Shown in pieces: positions 58,108 through 64,000 of a stretch of 64,000 nt of DNA (position 1 is its first letter; every line of letters starts with the position of its first letter). A model generated the notes under the pieces. The model was not told where the DNA came from, did no database searches, and saw only the letters and a list, made by a program, of their open reading frames with translations. A program made the position numbers and the translations under genes. Source of the stretch: Eledone cirrhosa (lineage: Eukaryota). The stretch is taken from assembly GCA_964016885.1 (NCBI GenBank), contig OZ024743.1, forward strand, positions 48,422,001 through 48,486,000, read 5' to 3'.

Positions 58108-58441
58108 CATCATCATTTTACGTCCACTTTTCCCTGCTTGAAAGGGTGGGACAGGAACTGATTCTGGCTTGCTTTCTACAGCTGGATGCCCTTCCTAACA
58201 CCAACCTCATTTACAGTGAGTGCTGGATGCTTTTTTTTGCCGTGGCAACCTCCACGACCACTTTGCAGTGGAATGATAGGGACCCCAGTCCCTATCATCT
58301 CATTTCTACAGCTGAGTAAACTGGAGCAATGTGAAATAAAGTGTCTTGCTCAAGGAAACAACACATCACTCGGTCTGAGAATTGAACTCACAACCTCTCG
58401 ATTGCAAGGCCAATGCTCTAACCACTAAGCCATGTGCCTTC
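58108..58441 (-). mobile_element. tRNA/CORE-type SINE with RTE family-C tail
   Basis: Reverse complement of the 24813-type SINE. Confidence 0.9.
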
Positions 58442-58442
58442 A

Positions 58443-58470
58443 TGTGTATATATATGTGTATATATATACA

Positions 58471-58504
<34 letters not shown>

Positions 58505-58506
58505 TG

Positions 58507-58589
<83 letters not shown>

Positions 58590-58899
58590 GTGTATATATG
58601 TGTGTCTATATATATGTGTATATATATGTGTATATGTATGTATGTATGTATGTATGTATATATATGTATATATATATGTATGTGTATATATATGTGTATA
58701 TGTATATATATATGCGTGTATGTATATATATATATATATGCGTGTATGTATATATATATATATATGCGTGTATGTATATATATATATATATGTGTGTGTA
58801 TATATATATGCGTGTATATATGTGCATATGTATATGTGTGTGTGCGTATATATATATATGTGTGTGTGTGTATATATGTGTATATATATATATATGTAC

Positions 58900-58944
<45 letters not shown>

Positions 58945-58967
58945 CACAGAGAGTGAGAGAGAGAGAG
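58443..58967. repeat. Compound TG/TA/GA microsatellite
   Basis: Direct reading of the sequence. Confidence 0.95.
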
Positions 58968-58973
58968 AATAAA

Positions 58974-59607
58974 TAAATTCTGGCTATGGAAACAGCAGTT
59001 GGAAGCAAGAGGACAGAGAGTGAACCTAGCTAAGACAAAAGTGTTGATGAGTAGAAAAGAGTACAAAACTCTGATTCCGTCAAGGAAATGGCCATGTTCG
59101 ATATGCAGAAATGGAACTGGGATAAATTCTATAAAATGCCCACAATGATGCCTGTGTGAGGAGCGTGATGCTGCATGGTAGTGAGACATGGGCAGAAACT
59201 GCAGAGGATATGCGACGGCTGGAGAGAAATGAGGCAAGCATGCTCCGTTGGATGTGCAATGTCAATGTGCGTGAACGACCCAGCATGAATGTGTTGAGAT
59301 CGAAACTGTGTCTGAGAGGGATAGAATGTAGTGTGCGAAAGAGGAGACTGAGGTGGTATGGATATGTGATGCGCATGGAGGATGACCGATGGGTGAAGAA
59401 GTGCCAGGAAATGCCAGTCGTAGGAAGACATAGTAGAGGTAGACCATGAAAATCATGATCGGAGGTGGTGAGAACAGACCTCAGATCGCTGAAGCTCACG
59501 GTGGAGATGACGAAAGACCATGACAAGTGGAGAGATGCTGTGCTGAATAAGACTCATCCGACCCTTGCAAGCAGGGAAAAGCGGATGTAAAATGATGATG
59601 ATGATGA
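58974..59607 (+). mobile_element. RTE family C fragment with internal deletion
   Basis: Colinear with 50257-51174 but jumps from the first half of the PHD-like insert to DACVRSVMLHGSETW. Confidence 0.88.
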
Positions 59608-61008
59608 TATAGTTTCCAATACTGGCCAAAACCTATCAAAGTTATATGCAAGCAAGGGAAAAGTGGATGTAAAATGATATAAACTTTACAGGTGAAGATG
59701 CTGATGAAACATTTTCTGTGAAAGGGGACAGTTGTATGAAACAATTTTGGAAACTATTAGTTTACTCAATACATAGCTATGACCAGGGTGCTGCTAATAA
59801 AGCAAGGATACTCTACAAGTGTTTTTAGAAATCTCATTTACTCGACAAACAAATGTTTCCACTCTGTAAAAATGACGATAATGAAAGATAGCTCTAGATA
59901 TTTCCTTGTATCATTATACTTAATTATTACTCTTCCTATATGTTTGGCTTTCATTTTCCCCATCCCCTATATGGGGATGAGGACCCCATATTATAGCCAT
60001 GGGAATTCAAATCTTCCCTATTTAATTCTAAACATATCTCTCTGAGCTATCATCTCAGAATATATCTCATAGAAAATTAAATTCTTTGTGCACCATTATG
60101 TATCCATAACTAGTCCATAACCTGTTGTTTTCAGGTGGAAGATTCATTTTCTTCATCAAATTGTGACACAGATAAATTTATAGATATTGTGCGTGTCATC
60201 AATTCTGTTCACTTCCCATTCTTGCATGTCCTATATAGAATAAGGAAATACAAAGTTTAGATGATAAAGTCCTTTATTGATAAGGCTGTCATACATATTT
60301 CGATGATGTCAGTGGCCACGTGATTCGTAGTCTCACTGCCATGCTCTCTTCAGACAGCATCTTACATAATAAGGTTATAATGAAGGAGGTAATCCAAAAT
60401 TGAAGTGACAAGGGAACGGACACACAGCGATGTTTATGAATTGAATGCCCGTTTCCCTGTGAGCTTCAATTCATGCCAACAGGTCTGCGCATGCGTAAAA
60501 GTAGGATATATAGCTGATTACTATTGTAAACCATAGCAAATTATCTTAGAGATGATCAACCTGCCTCCCTCATTTAAGGTAGCAGGGTGCCAATCAGCCA
60601 GCACCAAATCCAGCTGATATTTTGCTGGCCGAAGACCAAAATGCTGTGGTAGAGGGAGATTGTGTTTTTGTGGCTTTTTTATACTACCCACATACTGGCC
60701 TAATTTTGGGTCAAGATATTATGGTTTCCTAATGGAAGTTAAAATTAGTAAATTAAAGAATATAAGGTATAGAATGCTAATAACTTAAACGGAAACTAGT
60801 AAATATCGTCCTCCATCAGATGAATTAACACACATAGTGAGAGATAAAAATATATTGGTAAAGAGCATGGTAAGTATACACACATACACACGTGTATATA
60901 CACACATACACAGCCGAGTATATTAAGATAGAAATAGGGTAGAATTGGTAAATATAGTGGTTAACACTACATTGAGTTCTCGAATTGAATTACATCAATG
61001 TTTTTACA

Positions 61009-61054
<46 letters not shown>

Positions 61055-61059
61055 CTAAG

Positions 61060-61275
61060 GCGAGTAAAATTCCCGAGATCCATGGACGAGTTCTCTCCAG
61101 CGGTCTCTGTCCCTCATTATCGCTGCCATGTCCTGCGTCTCCAACAGACCAGTGTCTGTCCTTAGGGCATCAACATACGTTAACCTTGGTCTTCCACTTC
61201 TAGTGTGTCCATGTAGGGGCTCCCACAGGAGCACTGAGTGCAATGTCAACTCTGGATGTCGGTGAGCATGTCCAG
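61060..61275 (-). mobile_element. RTE-like LINE 3' fragment (distinct family)
   Basis: LLWEPLHGHTRSGRPRLTYVDAL..DTG...RDRDRWR. Confidence 0.75.
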
Positions 61276-61695
61276 GTATAGAAAGTATTGTAGCAAGAAA
61301 CCAACAGTATTCCATAATATATAAGTGACTATAGCATCAAAATGGAAAAATAGTTAACGTAAGATGTGGGAAAAATAATTCAAACTCAATTCAAAAAGAA
61401 TCAGGATATAGATTTATCCAAGAGAATTTAGTGAAATCCAGGGAAAAATCAATAGAGCCTTAACTCATGATAAAATAGTCTAAAATACTCATCCTTCAAT
61501 TTGGGACAACTACAAATGCTCTGTATAGTCTTGAAAAAGACTATTTCACGTAAACTTTCAGTGGAGATGGTCACGGTTGGAATACGATCATCAGCAGAGC
61601 TCAACACGATAGCCAGATTCTCACTGATTAATATGCCAAAAAGGGAATTTAAAAGCAGGCTAGTTTAACATCATGTGTATTATGAAAATAAAACG

Positions 61696-63205
61696 CATCA
61701 TCATCATCATCATCATCAACGTTTAACGTCCGTGTTCCACGCTTGCATGGGTTTGGACGGGGGTAGTCCCACTTGAGGCAAGAGTGATTGTCTTGCTCGC
61801 ATAGGACTGTCTGGCAGGTTTTCTACAGTTGGATGCCCTTCCTAACACCAACCACATTTACAGTGTGGGTCTGGGAGGTTTTTACCGTGTTGCCTACACG
61901 GCCACATTACAGCGTGGACTGTGTGTTTTTTTGTCGTGACACCTACACGATCTCATTTGTTTCGGCCTCGATGGCGCGGCACCAACATAACTTTACATAG
62001 AACGGGGTGGTGTGGATCGGGTGGGGGTGGTGGTGGTGGGACGGGGTGTATTTTGTTAGAGATGCCTACTGGCTGGAGTAGGTTTTACTATATATTTAGG
62101 TAAGGCGGGTCTTCTCTGTTACTGAGTACCGCCAAAGGTCTCGGTCCAGTGACATTGTCTTGGAGAGGTGTAAGTGTGTGATGTCGGAGTTTATCAGCTC
62201 GTCCCAGGTTTTTCTAGGTCTGCCTATTCCGTGACTACCGTCTATCTTTATTACCCTGCACTTTGTTATACAGCTATCGACTTTCATGCGCATCACGTGT
62301 CCATACCAACGTAGCCTTCTCTCGAGTAAACAACATCTGATCCCTCTTATCTCTAATTTTTTCCTTAGTTCGTTTATGCTTTGCCGTTCACGTATATTAC
62401 TGTTACACATCCAGCGGAGCATGCAAGCTTCGTTCCTCTCTAGTCTGCGTATATCCTCTGCACACAATGCCCAGGTCTCGCTGCCATGCAGCATTGCTGT
62501 TCGTATGCAGGCATCGTACAACCTGCCTTTCATTTTTAGTGAGAACCCTTTAGCAGCTAATAGTGGTATAAGCTCTCTGAACTTTTTCCAACCAGTTCTG
62601 ACTCTAGCTACAGTACTTTCAGAGCACCCTCCCCCACTGCTGATTTTATCGCCCAGGTAACGGAAGCTGTCCACTATTTCTATAGAACCCTCTGCGCAAT
62701 TGAAAGAGCTAGTAGTTTGTGGGCACTTGCTGCTACTTATTGCACCAGAGCACCGGCCACATGTAAAATCTATGTTCTTAGTTAGCTTACCTGTGATCCC
62801 ACTACATCTTTTATGCACCCATACTTTGCATTTAGGACATAAAATGGAGTTTCTACCTACGCCTTTCCTACACACCGAGCACGACCATTTCCCAGAAGGG
62901 ACCGCCGCCTTGTTTTCTTTCCTACAAACTAGTACTTTGGTCTTAGCCAGGTTAATTTTAAGTCCTTTTGACTCTAGGCCGTGCTTCCATGTTTGGAATT
63001 TCTTCTCTAGCTCGGCCATTGATTCCGCTATGAGTGTCAGGTCGTCTGCGTATAGGAGTTCCCATGGGCAGCCTGTCTTGAACTCCTCTGTTATAGCCTG
63101 AAGGGCAATAATAAATAGTAGTGGGCTGAGAACAGAGCCCTGATGGATGCCAACTTTTACGCTAAACTCTTCACTATATTCGTTGTTAATTCTAACCTTG
63201 CTGAC

Positions 63206-63207
<2 letters not shown>
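61696..63207 (-). mobile_element. 5'-truncated RTE LINE, family A
   Basis: Near-identical to 20684-22167, with an open C-terminal frame (307-aa ORF). The 5' end abuts (AT)n. Confidence 0.95.
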
Positions 63208-63258
<51 letters not shown>

Positions 63259-63416
63259 TCCATCATCCACTTATCTAAAAAAAAATAGATTATACACAAA
63301 ACGCCAGCATCAACAGTTTTCCAAGAGATGTCAACATGAATATTATTTTTATCTAAAGACATGTTTTCCAATTCCAACCTGCCCAAACCCTTCAATCTAT
63401 CTTATTTCTCATTCTT

Positions 63417-63451
63417 TCTTTTGATGAAGACTAGCGTCAGAAACGTTAAGA
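63417..63451 (+). ncRNA. Minimal hammerhead-like motif in a probable Penelope 3' remnant (~63253-63530)
   Basis: TCTT-TTGATGA-A-GAC[TAGC]GTC-A-GAAACGTT-AAGA: stems I and II pair, stem III is palindromic (AACGTT), C3 is replaced by U. Confidence 0.55.
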
Positions 63452-63553
63452 CCTTCTTCCTGCTATTTCAAGTGTTAACCTAATATATTCCTTCCATATA
63501 CTGTACCAATTGTGTTGTTATTTACCTTTTACATATATATATATATATATATA

Positions 63554-64000
63554 TAACTTTGAATAACTTTGAAATGTTTTGGCCAGTATTGGCCCAGGCC
63601 ATGTCTAACTTAATAGCACCACCTGGCGAAGTCTTTCAATTCAGGATTTGGGCACCATGGCCCATTCGAGAAGAGAATTACTGTTTGCGGAGACATATCC
63701 GGGTGTGGGTGGTTTGTCCGGGATTACTTGGAGGAATTTGTCCAAAGACTTCTTGAATTTTGTGTGGTCAGTTTCTGTTTTGACGTGTCCTGGTGTGATG
63801 TTGAAGAGAGCAGGGCTGATTGAGGTGAAATAATTGTGCCGTATTGTTGTTATGAGTTGCGATTTAGATTTTTGAATGGGACGGATAGCACGGGGCCCAA
63901 GCCTTGGGTGTATCTTGAAGGCGATGCCAACATCATTTGGGCAGTGATGATGGAACATTTTCCACATCATGCAGATAATATAACGCTCACGGCGACGTTG
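63554..64000 (-). mobile_element. CR1-like LINE 3' end (continues beyond the window)
   Basis: QRRRERYIICMMWK...PRLG...PALFN..P...FKKSLDKFLQVIPDKP...NSLLEW, followed by a short tandem-repeat tail. Confidence 0.85.

Overview
AT-rich animal genomic DNA. The repeat content (RTE LINEs with (CAT)n tails, tRNA/CORE-type SINEs, huge (TA)n arrays) suggests a coleoid cephalopod such as Octopus; this is inference. The only host coding sequence I can support is one 102-nt + strand exon (53137-53238) of a PP2A B56/B' regulatory subunit (PPP2R5/widerborst), so most of the window is probably the giant introns on either side of it. The rest is transposon- and satellite-derived: three RTE LINE families, SINEs, Penelope-like elements with inverted pseudo-LTRs, R4/Dong, CR1, Tx1, Helitron, Tc1/mariner and TTAA-flanked MITEs, plus a 3.8-kb TA/TG array and a palindromic 37-bp minisatellite. 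Nearly all long ORFs in the track are microsatellite artefacts. The most interesting observations are hand-folded hammerhead-ribozyme-like motifs with non-canonical cores in Penelope ends (one in host-sense orientation), a PHD finger inside the RTE reverse transcriptase, SINE/LINE module swapping, and a ~600-bp palindrome inside a multi-junction rearrangement. All folds and family calls were made by eye, without tools.
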